Of a stretch of 63,405 nt of DNA, positions 54,618 to 63,405 are shown piece after piece; the first letter of the stretch is position 1; the number at the start of each line of letters is the position of its first letter. This DNA comes from an uncultured Clostridium sp. Lineage in GTDB: Bacteria > Bacillota > Clostridia > Lachnospirales > Lachnospiraceae. The notes under the pieces were generated by a model, which was not told the origin of the DNA, searched no databases, and was given only the letters and a program-made list of their open reading frames with translations. The DNA is taken from the NCBI GenBank assembly GCA_964439445.1, contig CAYTOQ010000001.1, positions 1 through 63,405 on the forward strand, read 5' to 3'. The translations under genes and the position numbers were made by a program.

Positions 54618-56132
54618 ATGCACGTAAATCAGAATGTGAATGCGGCTAACTTTTTGTTGGTGAGTAGTCAGACAAACAATGCGAAGGTAACAAAAGAAGA
54701 TTCTGCGGATTCGTTGGATTTTGCCAGTGTTCTAAAAAACACAAACAGTAATCAACAGCAATTTCAAAATAATATTACTGTTTCGCAAAATCAGGATGTT
54801 AAGACTACTGTGAAACAATCTGAAGTAAGAGAAGATACTACGGATGTAACAAAAAAAGATGTTGCTGACGTACAAAGCACCAGTAAAGAAAAGGCTGTTG
54901 ACTCATCAAAAGAAGCAATGCATCAAACAAAAGCTACGCAAAAAACAGACGGATCTGCAAAGCAAAATGATGCGGAAAAGGCAACGAAAACAACGGAAGA
55001 AGTTGTTGAGAGTGTTGAAGATGCGGAAAAGTTATCTGATGAAGAATTGGCTGTTTTATTAGAAACAGTAGGTGAATTACTGAATCAGGTGATGGAACGG
55101 TTTAATTTAAATGTGGAGGAACTAACTGTTAAGTTAGAAGAATTTGGCATGGAACCTTCGGATTTGTTGACGGCGGATGGTTTGAAGGAATTCTTCTTAC
55201 AAATGAATGGTGCAGAGGTTTCAGATTTGGTGGTGGACGAAAACTTAAATGCGCAGTTGCAAACGTTTATGAGTGAGGTAGCAGAGGAACTTGAGAGTAT
55301 TCAGGATTTTGGCGCTGATATGGAAGCGGTTGTTTCGGGATTGGATGTTGAAACGATACTGGATAAGGCTGTAGATGAGACAGTTTTGGATGGTGCTGCG
55401 ATTACCAATGCGAAGGATGAGATGGATGCAGAGAAATTTAATGGTATGGATTCACCAGTTCATACAGATGAACCTGAAGTCATTGTGAATGATTCGAAAA
55501 AAAGAAATACAACAGGTGATTCGGATTCACAGGAACAGTCAAATTCGAATGCACAGCAGTCTGCGTCGCAGGAAACTACAATCACAGAGCATACCGTAAC
55601 GAAACAGCAAAACACCTTTGAAAATCCAATTTTAAATGCAATTCAGAATGCAGTGAATAACGTGGAAAATACAATGATTTCTGAGCAGCCGGTTCAACAA
55701 ACCGATATTGTTCGTCAAATTGTTGAGCAAGTGAGACTGAATATGAATCAGCAGACAACCTCATTGGAATTGCAGTTATATCCAGAGCATTTGGGTAGAA
55801 TTCAGATTAATGTAGTTGCCAAGGAAGGTGTGATGACTGCAAGCATTGTTGCTGAAACAGAGGCTGCAAAGCAAGCGATTGAAGCTGGACTTCTTAATTT
55901 GAAGGAAGCTATGGAACAGCAGGATTTGAAGGTTGATGCGATTGAAGTAATGGTTTCTACAACGGGATTTGAACATAGTGATGAGAGTCAGGATTCATCT
56001 CATGAAGGAAATGCATCAAAATCAAGAAGAAACATTGATTTCTCTGAATTAGGTGAGGAAATGCCTGTAGAGGATGAAGCTGAGATTGAAAAGATGAAGG
56101 CTACAGGAAGTAGTGTAAGCTATAGGGCATAA
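54618..56132 (+). CDS. fliK: Flagellar hook-length control protein FliK
   Basis: A long low-complexity N-terminus is followed by a C-terminal Flg_hook domain (LELQLYPEHLGRIQINV...GVMTASIVAETEAAKQAIE). Confidence 0.8.
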   Translation: MHVNQNVNAANFLLVSSQTNNAKVTKEDSADSLDFASVLKNTNSNQQQFQNNITVSQNQDVKTTVKQSEVREDTTDVTKKDVADVQSTSKEKAVDSSKEAMHQTKATQKTDGSAKQNDAEKATKTTEEVVESVEDAEKLSDEELAVLLETVGELLNQVMERFNLNVEELTVKLEEFGMEPSDLLTADGLKEFFLQMNGAEVSDLVVDENLNAQLQTFMSEVAEELESIQDFGADMEAVVSGLDVETILDKAVDETVLDGAAITNAKDEMDAEKFNGMDSPVHTDEPEVIVNDSKKRNTTGDSDSQEQSNSNAQQSASQETTITEHTVTKQQNTFENPILNAIQNAVNNVENTMISEQPVQQTDIVRQIVEQVRLNMNQQTTSLELQLYPEHLGRIQINVVAKEGVMTASIVAETEAAKQAIEAGLLNLKEAMEQQDLKVDAIEVMVSTTGFEHSDESQDSSHEGNASKSRRNIDFSELGEEMPVEDEAEIEKMKATGSSVSYRA

Positions 56133-56193
56133 TGCTATTAAGTATTTATAGGTTTATGCCGATATTATTATTAGTGAAAAGGAGGTAGATATT

Positions 56194-56721
56194 ATGGCGA
56201 TATCAGGAATTGATACAAGTACGGTATCTCAGGCGATGACCACGAGTGAAAGTAGTTCTAACAGTTCGTTGGATAAGGATGCTTTTTTACAGTTGTTGGT
56301 AGCGCAGATGCAGTATCAGGATCCGCTGCAACCTACAAGCAACACAGAGTACATGGCGCAGTTGGCACAGTTTTCTACAGTTGAGGAATTGCAGAATGTG
56401 AATTCGACAATTTCGAACAGTCAATCTTTAAGTCTGACAGGACAATATGTAATTCTTAATGTTCCGGATGCTGCGGGCAATATCAATCCAGTTAGCGGAA
56501 TTGTTGATTATGTAACATTAAGTGAAGGTAAAACTTATTTACATATTGGAGATGATTATTATTCTGCTGAGTATTTGGATTCTGTGGTAAGTTATGATTA
56601 TCTTGAGTATATTTCGAGAGATGAGACTTCAACAGAAAGCACGAGCGGAACGGAAAATACAACAGAAGAAGGTTCGTCGACAGATGACAACAATGCAACA
56701 GAAGGAACTGAAAAAGCTTAA
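56194..56721 (+). CDS. flgD: Flagellar hook capping/assembly protein FlgD
   Basis: LDKDAFLQLLVAQMQYQDPLQP and QLAQFSTVEEL are present. Confidence 0.85.
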   Translation: MAISGIDTSTVSQAMTTSESSSNSSLDKDAFLQLLVAQMQYQDPLQPTSNTEYMAQLAQFSTVEELQNVNSTISNSQSLSLTGQYVILNVPDAAGNINPVSGIVDYVTLSEGKTYLHIGDDYYSAEYLDSVVSYDYLEYISRDETSTESTSGTENTTEEGSSTDDNNATEGTEKA

Positions 56722-56744
56722 CCTTAAGGAAAAGGGGCGATACT

Positions 56745-57155
56745 ATGGAACGTTTACAGGGTTCATATTTATCCATTGACCAGATGGCAGATGTCTATTT
56801 ACAGAATAGTAAAAAGACAGATTCAAAGTCACAGATAAATGAACAAGGACTTTCCTTTCAGCAGATTCTCGAAAAGGCGACCGAACATAGTTTACAAACA
56901 GAGGGTGTTACGTTTTCTAAACATGCAAATGAGAGATTAGCAAGCCGTAATATTGATTTGGATGAACAACAGTTGGAACGTCTGAATAAAGGAGTAATGC
57001 AGGCGAAGGAAAAAAGCATTAACGAGTCTTTGGTTGTAATGGATGATCTTGCATTTATTGTTAATGTGAAGAACAATACAGTAGTTACAGCAATGGATCA
57101 GACAGCCAATGACAGTAACATTTTTACAAATATTGATGGAGCAGTAATTGTATAG
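56745..57155 (+). CDS. Flagellar operon protein of the TIGR02530-like family
   Basis: It is a small protein between flgD and flgE, with SFQQILE and FSKHANERLASRNI motifs remembered from this family. Confidence 0.65.
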   Translation: MERLQGSYLSIDQMADVYLQNSKKTDSKSQINEQGLSFQQILEKATEHSLQTEGVTFSKHANERLASRNIDLDEQQLERLNKGVMQAKEKSINESLVVMDDLAFIVNVKNNTVVTAMDQTANDSNIFTNIDGAVIV

Positions 57156-57235
57156 CCGGACCTTTTTAGGGGGCTAGTTTATCCCTTGAATGACAGATAG
57201 GGATGCATTGATGAAATTAAGGAGGTCGTTTAATT

Positions 57236-58627
57236 ATGATGAGATCACTTTATTCTGGTGTAGCAGGTCTTAAGACACACCAGACAAAAATGGACGTAAT
57301 AGGTAACAATATTGCCAACGTTAATACGGTTGGTTTCAAATCTAGTCAGGTATTATTTAAGGATGTTTTGTATCAGACAACACAGAGTGCAACTGGTTCC
57401 TCTAACAACAGTGGTGGTACGAATGCACAGCAGATTGGTCTGGGTACAGGTGTAGCAACGGTTTCCGTTACACAGACATCAGGTTCTGCACAGTCAACCA
57501 ATAATCCATATGATTTGATGATTAATGGTAGTTCATTCTTTATTGTTAATCGTGGTGGAATTAATTACTTTACCAAAGTTGGTGCATTTAAGACAGATGA
57601 TGCAGGTAATTTGGTAACAGGTAGCGGTGATTATGTAATGGGTTGGCAGGTTGATCCTGAAAATCCAAATGAGATTAAGCGTGATACGGTGTCTGCTCTT
57701 CGTCCTGAGGCAGAGGAAAATCAGACGGCTGCACCAGAGTTGACATCACAGACTTATATGACTGGTAATATTGATGCGACGGATCCTAAATTACAGACAG
57801 AAGATGGTGTTGTGACAACCGTTTCAATTTATGATAGTTTAGGTTATAGCTACACTGTTAAGTTTAAGATTACAGAGAGCCAGACGATGGCTGGTGGATA
57901 TAATGTAACGATTGACTCCATTCGCGATGAGAATAATGTTGATATTTCAGACAGATATAAAATATCTTTGAATGGAGTTGGGGATGGAACAGCAGATAAT
58001 CCGGCAACGACAGCTATCGCGTTTAATCAAAGTACAGGAGCTTTCATTGGTGTGAATGGCAATGCAGGCGTTGATAGCGTTAAGCTTTTGCTTACGCCAT
58101 ACGATGCGGCAACGGATGGAGATGTATTTACAGATGTTGCAAATGAGATTGATGCCATTACTGTTGATTTTTCAAATTTGACTATGTTCTCAGACGCAGG
58201 TGAGTGTGATATTGAAACGCATAGAGGTAAAGCGGATGATCCTTCTGATGGAGCTGGACGTACGGTTGGTTCTTTGACGGATGTAACGATTGATACACAG
58301 GGACGTTTATATGGCGTGTATGATAATGGTGTTAGCAAACTTTTAGGACAGATAGCGGTTGCGAATTTTATCAATCCGGCTGGTTTGGAGGCGATTGGTG
58401 GTAGTTTATACAAAGAGACAAGAGCTTCCGGTGAGTTCGACGGAATCGGTAATGATATTTCAGCAAATGGTGAGACTATGACTCAGGGTGTTTTGGAAAT
58501 GTCGAATGTTGATTTGTCGCAAGAGTTTACGGATATGATTGTTACACAGAGAGGTTTTCAGGCAAATTCAAGAATTATTACTGTTTCAGATACTTTGATT
58601 GAAGAGCTTGTTAACCTTAAGAGATAA
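57236..58627 (+). CDS. flgE: Flagellar hook protein FlgE
   Basis: The N-terminus reads MRSLYSGVAGLKTHQTKMDVIGNNIANVNTVGFK. The C-terminus reads GVLEMSNVDLSQEFTDMIVTQRGFQANSR. Confidence 0.9.
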   Translation: MMRSLYSGVAGLKTHQTKMDVIGNNIANVNTVGFKSSQVLFKDVLYQTTQSATGSSNNSGGTNAQQIGLGTGVATVSVTQTSGSAQSTNNPYDLMINGSSFFIVNRGGINYFTKVGAFKTDDAGNLVTGSGDYVMGWQVDPENPNEIKRDTVSALRPEAEENQTAAPELTSQTYMTGNIDATDPKLQTEDGVVTTVSIYDSLGYSYTVKFKITESQTMAGGYNVTIDSIRDENNVDISDRYKISLNGVGDGTADNPATTAIAFNQSTGAFIGVNGNAGVDSVKLLLTPYDAATDGDVFTDVANEIDAITVDFSNLTMFSDAGECDIETHRGKADDPSDGAGRTVGSLTDVTIDTQGRLYGVYDNGVSKLLGQIAVANFINPAGLEAIGGSLYKETRASGEFDGIGNDISANGETMTQGVLEMSNVDLSQEFTDMIVTQRGFQANSRIITVSDTLIEELVNLKR

Positions 58628-58699
58628 TTTAAGATGATAATAAGATGCATCATACGATTGTTATGGTGCATCTTTGTTGTTCAAAAAAGAGGTGTTTAT

Positions 58700-58891
58700 A
58701 TGATTGAGTTAACGAGATTTAATGATTTGAAATTCACTTTAAATGCGGAGATTATTGAGTTTGTGGAAGAAACTCCAGATACTGTGATTTCTTTGACGAC
58801 AGGAAAAAAAATAATTGTGAAGGAGAGTCGTCAAGAGGTTGTAGATTTGGTGATTGACTATAAACGGTCAATATATAGTCAATATTCATAA
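58700..58891 (+). CDS. flbD: Flagellar protein FlbD
   Basis: It is 63 aa. MIELTRFN......N...IE.VEETPDTVISLTTGKK..VKES is typical of FlbD. The ATG at 58700 has an AGAGGTG SD. Confidence 0.85.
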   Translation: MIELTRFNDLKFTLNAEIIEFVEETPDTVISLTTGKKIIVKESRQEVVDLVIDYKRSIYSQYS

Positions 58892-59002
58892 ATTTTAGTA
58901 GCATAGATAACTATTTTGTGCTATAATATGACATAGATTTGTGGGAAAGTGTAATTTTCAACAGGTTTGTATGACTTTTCTTGATTTTGTGAGGTGGACA
59001 TA

Positions 59003-59785
59003 GTGGATATAGCAACAATAATTGGTTTGGTGGCGTCTTTTGCTTTGATGATATTTGGTATGGCGAACAGTCCTTTGGGTATGGGTGGTTTGCAACACTT
59101 TGTGGATATACCATCAGCATTGATTACGTTTGGTGGTGCGTTCGGTTGTGTGTTGGCAAGTTATTCACTACAGGATTTTATTGCGGGTTTTAAGTCGATT
59201 GCATTAGTTTTTAAGGTTCCGAATAACGATACAATTGGTACGATTAAGCAGATTATTGAATTGTCTAATGTGGCTAGAAAAGAAGGATTGCTTGCGTTGG
59301 AAGAGTCTGCTAATTCACTAGAAGAACCATTTATGAAGAAAGGTATTTTATTAATTGTAGACGGTACAGATCCAGAGCTGGTTCGAGGTATTTTGGAAGC
59401 AGAATTGGTGAATACTGATTCGAGACATCAACAAAATGTTGGTTTCTGGAAACAGATTGGTGCCATGGGACCTGCCTGGGGTATGATTGGTACGCTGATT
59501 GGTCTGGTATTGATGCTTGTAGATATGGATCCGGACTCTATTGGTCCGAATATGGCAATTGCGTTGATTACTACATATTATGGTTCTGTATTGGCAAACT
59601 GGATTAGTGCACCAGTAGCAACCAAGCTTGGCTCGTTAAACGATGCAGAAATTCAGTTGAAAGAAATTATGATAGAGGGGTTATTGTCGATTCAGGCAGG
59701 TGAAAATCCAAGAGTTATTGAGGAAAAGTTGAAATCCTTCCTTGCGCCAAGTATGCGTGAAGGATTGTCTGAAGGCGGTGAATAA
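59003..59785 (+). CDS. motA: Flagellar motor stator protein MotA/PomA
   Basis: It has four TM segments, with LGMIGTLIGLV and ALITTYYG motifs. The start is GTG at 59003 (SD GAGGTG) or GTG at 58994. Confidence 0.9.
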   Translation: MDIATIIGLVASFALMIFGMANSPLGMGGLQHFVDIPSALITFGGAFGCVLASYSLQDFIAGFKSIALVFKVPNNDTIGTIKQIIELSNVARKEGLLALEESANSLEEPFMKKGILLIVDGTDPELVRGILEAELVNTDSRHQQNVGFWKQIGAMGPAWGMIGTLIGLVLMLVDMDPDSIGPNMAIALITTYYGSVLANWISAPVATKLGSLNDAEIQLKEIMIEGLLSIQAGENPRVIEEKLKSFLAPSMREGLSEGGE

Positions 59786-59787
59786 GT

Positions 59788-60732
59788 ATGGCTAAGAGAA
59801 AAGAAAAACCGCCAGAGGAAGGGGCTCCAGAATGGATGGCGACCTTTAGTGATTTGATGAATTTATTACTCTGTTTCTTCGTGTTGTTGTTTGCTAGCTC
59901 GAATATGGATGAAGAAAAGATACAGAGGATTATGGCATCTTTTAATCAGGCCAGTTTTAGCGTGATTGAATCTGGTGCTGTATCTTTGGTTGAAGGTCAG
60001 ATTGTTTCTGGAGGTGTTACGCAGTTGCCGGGAATTGAGTCGATTTTAGAGTATATTGGTGTTGCTTCTGAAGTAGAAGGTAATAATCAAGATTTATCGG
60101 CTACAGGCTCTGTGAATGAAGATGGAAAAAATGAATTGTCAGATTCAGAAAAGGCTATAGATGAGAATGCGGCGGATGGTTCCACAGAAAGTGTTACTAC
60201 GGAAGATGTTGAGTTAACTGAAAAGGAACTGAAAGAGGAATTTGAGGAACAAGGTCTGCAGCAATCAGAAGAAATGTATGATGAAATTTCAGAAATGACA
60301 GAATCGTACAAGATTGATGATAGAATTGTGATGGATTATAATTCACAATATGTTTCGTTGGATTTGAACGGGGCGATTTTATTTGATGCAGGTAAGGCTG
60401 AGATTCGTGATGATGTCAGGGTTTTCATGCAGAAGATTGCGACGATTATGAGCAGATATAAGGATTGTATTATTGAGATAGAAGGACATACCGACAATGT
60501 TCCGATTTCAACTTCTAGTTTTAAAAATAATCGTTATTTGTCTACCGCTCGTGCAAATGAGGTTTACGAGTATGTAATGGAACAAGCAAATTTGATTGAT
60601 GAAAATATTAAGGTTGCCGGATATGGAGAAAGTAGACCGGTCGCTTCTAACGAGACAGAAGAAGGAAGAGCTAAAAATCGAAGAGTATCAATTAAGATAT
60701 ATAATCGATTGAATTCGGATACACAGCAGTGA
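59788..60732 (+). CDS. motB: Flagellar motor stator protein MotB with an OmpA-like C-terminus and a long acidic linker
   Basis: WMATFSDLMNLLLCFFVLLFA contains the conserved Asp. The C-terminal OmpA-like domain has GHTDN...LS..RA and NRRV. Confidence 0.9.
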   Translation: MAKRKEKPPEEGAPEWMATFSDLMNLLLCFFVLLFASSNMDEEKIQRIMASFNQASFSVIESGAVSLVEGQIVSGGVTQLPGIESILEYIGVASEVEGNNQDLSATGSVNEDGKNELSDSEKAIDENAADGSTESVTTEDVELTEKELKEEFEEQGLQQSEEMYDEISEMTESYKIDDRIVMDYNSQYVSLDLNGAILFDAGKAEIRDDVRVFMQKIATIMSRYKDCIIEIEGHTDNVPISTSSFKNNRYLSTARANEVYEYVMEQANLIDENIKVAGYGESRPVASNETEEGRAKNRRVSIKIYNRLNSDTQQ

Positions 60733-60745
60733 GAGGTGAAATGAT

Positions 60746-61255
60746 ATGAAGAAAAATTTGATTACTGTTATAATATTAGCGATTTGTGTTGTGAATTTAA
60801 TTCTCAATATTATATTGGTATTTGTATGTATGCCATCAGCGCAGAAGACTAACAATTTGATTACACAGATTGCTTCGGTGTTGAATCTGGAGTTAACTGG
60901 TGGCGACAGTCAGCCAGTAGTTGAACTTGAGGATATAGGAACCTTCAATGTGGAAGCTCAGGTTGTTAATTTGAAGGATGATGGTAGTGGAGAAAACCAC
61001 TATGTTCAGGTGGGATTAACATTAGAGTTAGATATGTCTTCTGAAGATTATGAAAGTTTGAATACGGTTTTGACAGGGGCAGAAGGACCTGTGTTTGATG
61101 CAGCTCGTAATGTGATTCAAGGGTATACTTATGCTGAGGTTAATGACCAGGCTACACAGGATAAAATTAAAAAGGAAATTTTGAGTAGTTTGCAGAAAAA
61201 ATATGCCACACAGTGTATTTATAGAGTTTCATTTAGTAAGTTTACTACCCAATAG
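60746..61255 (+). CDS. fliL: Flagellar basal body-associated protein FliL
   Basis: It has an N-terminal TM and a FliL-like periplasmic domain (HYVQVGLTLELD). The position lies between motB and fliM. Confidence 0.8.
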   Translation: MKKNLITVIILAICVVNLILNIILVFVCMPSAQKTNNLITQIASVLNLELTGGDSQPVVELEDIGTFNVEAQVVNLKDDGSGENHYVQVGLTLELDMSSEDYESLNTVLTGAEGPVFDAARNVIQGYTYAEVNDQATQDKIKKEILSSLQKKYATQCIYRVSFSKFTTQ

Positions 61256-61299
61256 TACAGAATTAATATCTGGTTTATTTTACTATTGGAGGTGAGGAT

Positions 61300-62277
61300 A
61301 TGGCAGATGTGTTATCTCAAAATGAGATAGATGCATTATTGAAACAGTTGAGTTCAGGAGAACTAGACCCTGAAGAAATCAAAGAGGAATCCAAAGTTAA
61401 AATTAAAGATTATGATTTTGCAAGACCTGCCAAGTTCTCAAAAGAACATTTAAGAACCCTTGAAATCATTTTTGAAAATTTTGGAAGATTGGTATCTAGT
61501 AATTTACCAGCATATTTGCGTAAGAATGTACAGGTTGATGTTGTTAATTCGGAAGCTGTTACTTATTCGGAATTTTCGAATGCACTGTCCAATCCGGTTT
61601 TGCTAGGAATTGTTAATTTTGCGCCCTTGAATGGTAATATATTGATAGAACTATCTGCTAATCTTGGATTCACGATTATTGATAGAATGTTAGGTGGATT
61701 GGGTGATCCGTTGGAAAAGTCGAGAGAGTTTTCTGAGATTGAGTTAAGCGTTTTAGAGAGAATATTTACTATATTAGTAAATCTTTTACGTGACCCATGG
61801 AAGAATGTTGTGGAGATTCATCCGCGATTAGAGCGAATCGAGACGAATTCGCAGTTTGCACAGATTATTTCACCGAGTGAAATGATTGCGATTGTAACGG
61901 TTAACGTTGCAATTGGTAATGTAGAGGGACTTATGAATATTTGTCTTCCGTTTATGACGTTAGAGGATATTATGGATAAGTTAAATACAAAGTATTGGTT
62001 TTCTACTATGCAAGACATTGATGAAGAATCTTATGATGAATTCATCGAGACGGCTATTAGTAAAGCACAGATACCAATCAAGGCATTGCTTGGAAAAAGT
62101 ACAATTTCTGTTATAGACTTTATTAATTTACAAGTCGGTGATATTATTAAGTTGGATACAAAGGTTGAGCAAGAACTAGATGTATACGTTGGTAATATCG
62201 TGAAATTTAAAGTGTTACCTGGTTCTGGTGCAGACAAATATGCTGTTAAAGTAACAGAAATTATTAGAGAGGAGTAG
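61300..62277 (+). CDS. fliM: Flagellar motor switch protein FliM
   Basis: The N-terminal CheY-P binding motif LSQNEIDALL, a FliM middle domain, and a C-terminal SpoA/FliN-like domain are present. Confidence 0.9.
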   Translation: MADVLSQNEIDALLKQLSSGELDPEEIKEESKVKIKDYDFARPAKFSKEHLRTLEIIFENFGRLVSSNLPAYLRKNVQVDVVNSEAVTYSEFSNALSNPVLLGIVNFAPLNGNILIELSANLGFTIIDRMLGGLGDPLEKSREFSEIELSVLERIFTILVNLLRDPWKNVVEIHPRLERIETNSQFAQIISPSEMIAIVTVNVAIGNVEGLMNICLPFMTLEDIMDKLNTKYWFSTMQDIDEESYDEFIETAISKAQIPIKALLGKSTISVIDFINLQVGDIIKLDTKVEQELDVYVGNIVKFKVLPGSGADKYAVKVTEIIREE

Positions 62278-62281
62278 AGAA

Positions 62282-63405
62282 ATGGACGGAATGTTATCGC
62301 AAGAAGAAATTAATGCATTACTTGGTAATATGACAGCAGATGGTAGTGATGCAGCTCCGAGTTCAGCCTCTGGCAACACTCCTTTATCCGCACAGGAATG
62401 TGATGCGATTGGAGAAATTTCAAATATATGTATGGGAACTGCTGCGACAACCCTTTATTCTTTGGTGAATCAAAAGGTAACAATAACAACTCCTACAGTT
62501 TCGTCTAGTACTTGGGAAGAGTTGATTAATGAATATCAAAAACCTTGTGTTTTCATTACGATTGCATATAAGGAAGGTATTGAAGGTAATAATATCTTGA
62601 TTCTTCAAGAAGAAGATGTTAAAGTAATAACAAATTTAATGATGGGTGGTAACGGAACTGATTTAGATGATGAATTGAACGAAATGCATCTAAGTGCGAT
62701 TTGTGAAGCAATGAATCAGATGATGGGTTCTTCCGCGACATCGTTGTCTTCAATGCTTGGACAGAAGATTGATATTTCACCACCGTCAGCTGAATTAGTT
62801 GATTTGATGGATGAGATAGATAGTAGCAGAGCAGGATCTTTTTATGAATCAGATTTTGTAAAGGTCTTTTTCAAAATGGAAATTGGAGATTTGGTGGATA
62901 GTTGCATTATGCAATTATATCCGATTGATTTGGCGAGAGAATTGTACTCAAAGTTCAAGTCGAGTCAAGAACCAGAGGAAACGGCGTCGGCTACATCGGC
63001 GGCAACTGCTCCGGAACCGCCAAAATCGACCGCGCCTACACAGACGACACCACCTCCACAGGTTGAACCGATGCCGGCAGGTATGCCAATGATGGGACAA
63101 CCGATGATGGGGCAGCCGGTGATGCAAGGAATGCCATATGGCTACGCACCACCAATGCAGGATGTTAATGTACAACCTGTTCAGTTCCAACCATTTAATG
63201 CTAGTGTGAATCCGATTACGCAACAAGAAAATATTGACTTAATCATGGATGTTCCGCTAGAAGTTACCGTTGAATTGGGAAGAACAAGTAAGTCTATTAA
63301 AGAGATATTGGAGTTTGCACCAGGTACCATTATTGAGTTGGAACGAATCGCAGGTGAGCCGATTGATGTGATGGTGAATGGAAAACTGGTTGCGAAAGGT
63401 GAAGT
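62282..63405 (+). CDS. fliY: Flagellar motor switch phosphatase FliY (CheC-like domain plus FliN domain), 3' end cut by the window edge
   Basis: This ORF is not in the supplied track because it has no stop codon in the window. My own translation from the ATG at 62282 gives MDGMLSQEEINALLG, then CheC-like motifs (DAIGEISNICMG, SAICEAMNQMMG), a Pro/Met/Gln-rich linker, and a FliN-like C-terminus (LEVTVELGRTSKSIKEILEF..G.IIELE). Confidence 0.85.
   Translation, partial: MDGMLSQEEINALLGNMTADGSDAAPSSASGNTPLSAQECDAIGEISNICMGTAATTLYSLVNQKVTITTPTVSSSTWEELINEYQKPCVFITIAYKEGIEGNNILILQEEDVKVITNLMMGGNGTDLDDELNEMHLSAICEAMNQMMGSSATSLSSMLGQKIDISPPSAELVDLMDEIDSSRAGSFYESDFVKVFFKMEIGDLVDSCIMQLYPIDLARELYSKFKSSQEPEETASATSAATAPEPPKSTAPTQTTPPPQVEPMPAGMPMMGQPMMGQPVMQGMPYGYAPPMQDVNVQPVQFQPFNASVNPITQQENIDLIMDVPLEVTVELGRTSKSIKEILEFAPGTIIELERIAGEPIDVMVNGKLVAKGE

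Noticed and set aside
62883-63226. Arg-rich 69-aa (+) and 92-aa (-) ORFs near the window end
   Set aside because: They are off-frame readings of the Pro/Met/Gln-rich linker of fliY. The fliY frame is continuous from the ATG at 62282 and ends in a clear FliN domain.

Overview
This is a 63.4 kb chromosomal core segment from a low-GC, flagellated, probably spore-forming Firmicute. Gene order looks like Clostridia/Lachnospiraceae, but the taxon is inference only. Almost all genes are on the + strand.

Gene blocks in order:
- prpC(5' partial)-prkC-rsgA-rpe-thiN, then putP.
- A convergent rlmH / rlmH-like pair, with tRNA-Arg(CCG) upstream of the rlmH-like gene.
- Single genes: an orphan membrane-anchored protein, an Lrp/AsnC regulator, a DUF975 protein, an RsuA/RluF-type pseudouridine synthase, ligA, metA.
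- A degenerate-GGDEF/EAL membrane protein, an MCP-like sensor lacking the signalling tip, yqeY, and spoVB-like (minus strand).
- A Fe-S/sulfur/metal block: Rrf2 regulator-nifS-iscU-mnmA-cysK, followed by two COG0523/CobW-type GTPases.
- fabH-fabD-fabG-fabF-fabZ, running directly into apbE, a NusG-domain-II protein, a Gx transporter and rnfCDGE-(small basic ORF)-AB.
- An orphan membrane protein (minus strand), ylmC/ymxH, nrdR, yifB/comM, dprA, topA, codY.
- A large flagellar operon: flgB-flgC-fliE-fliF-G-H-I-J-ylxF-like-fliK-flgD-TIGR02530-like-flgE-flbD-motA-motB-fliL-fliM-fliY. The fliY gene is cut by the window end.

I see no transposase, integrase, phage genes, CRISPR array, toxin-antitoxin or recognisable defence genes. 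This is not an accessory island, and I cannot point to a clear multi-gene novel system.

The four observations most worth follow-up:
- Two convergent RlmH homologues have lost reciprocal motifs, so they may form an obligate heterodimer.
- An 85-aa, roughly 45% Arg/Lys ORF sits between rnfE and rnfA, with strong SD sequences and stop/start overlaps at both ends.
- A 58-bp tandem repeat (x3) with long-range complementarity to the fliE stop region interrupts the fliE-fliF junction.
- In the CobW pair, one gene carries a 48-bp tandem repeat encoding His/Cys-rich units, and the other is fused to a DUF1980/TIGR03943-like CC-motif domain.

All product calls rest on motif recognition by eye from the supplied translations. 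No database search was run.
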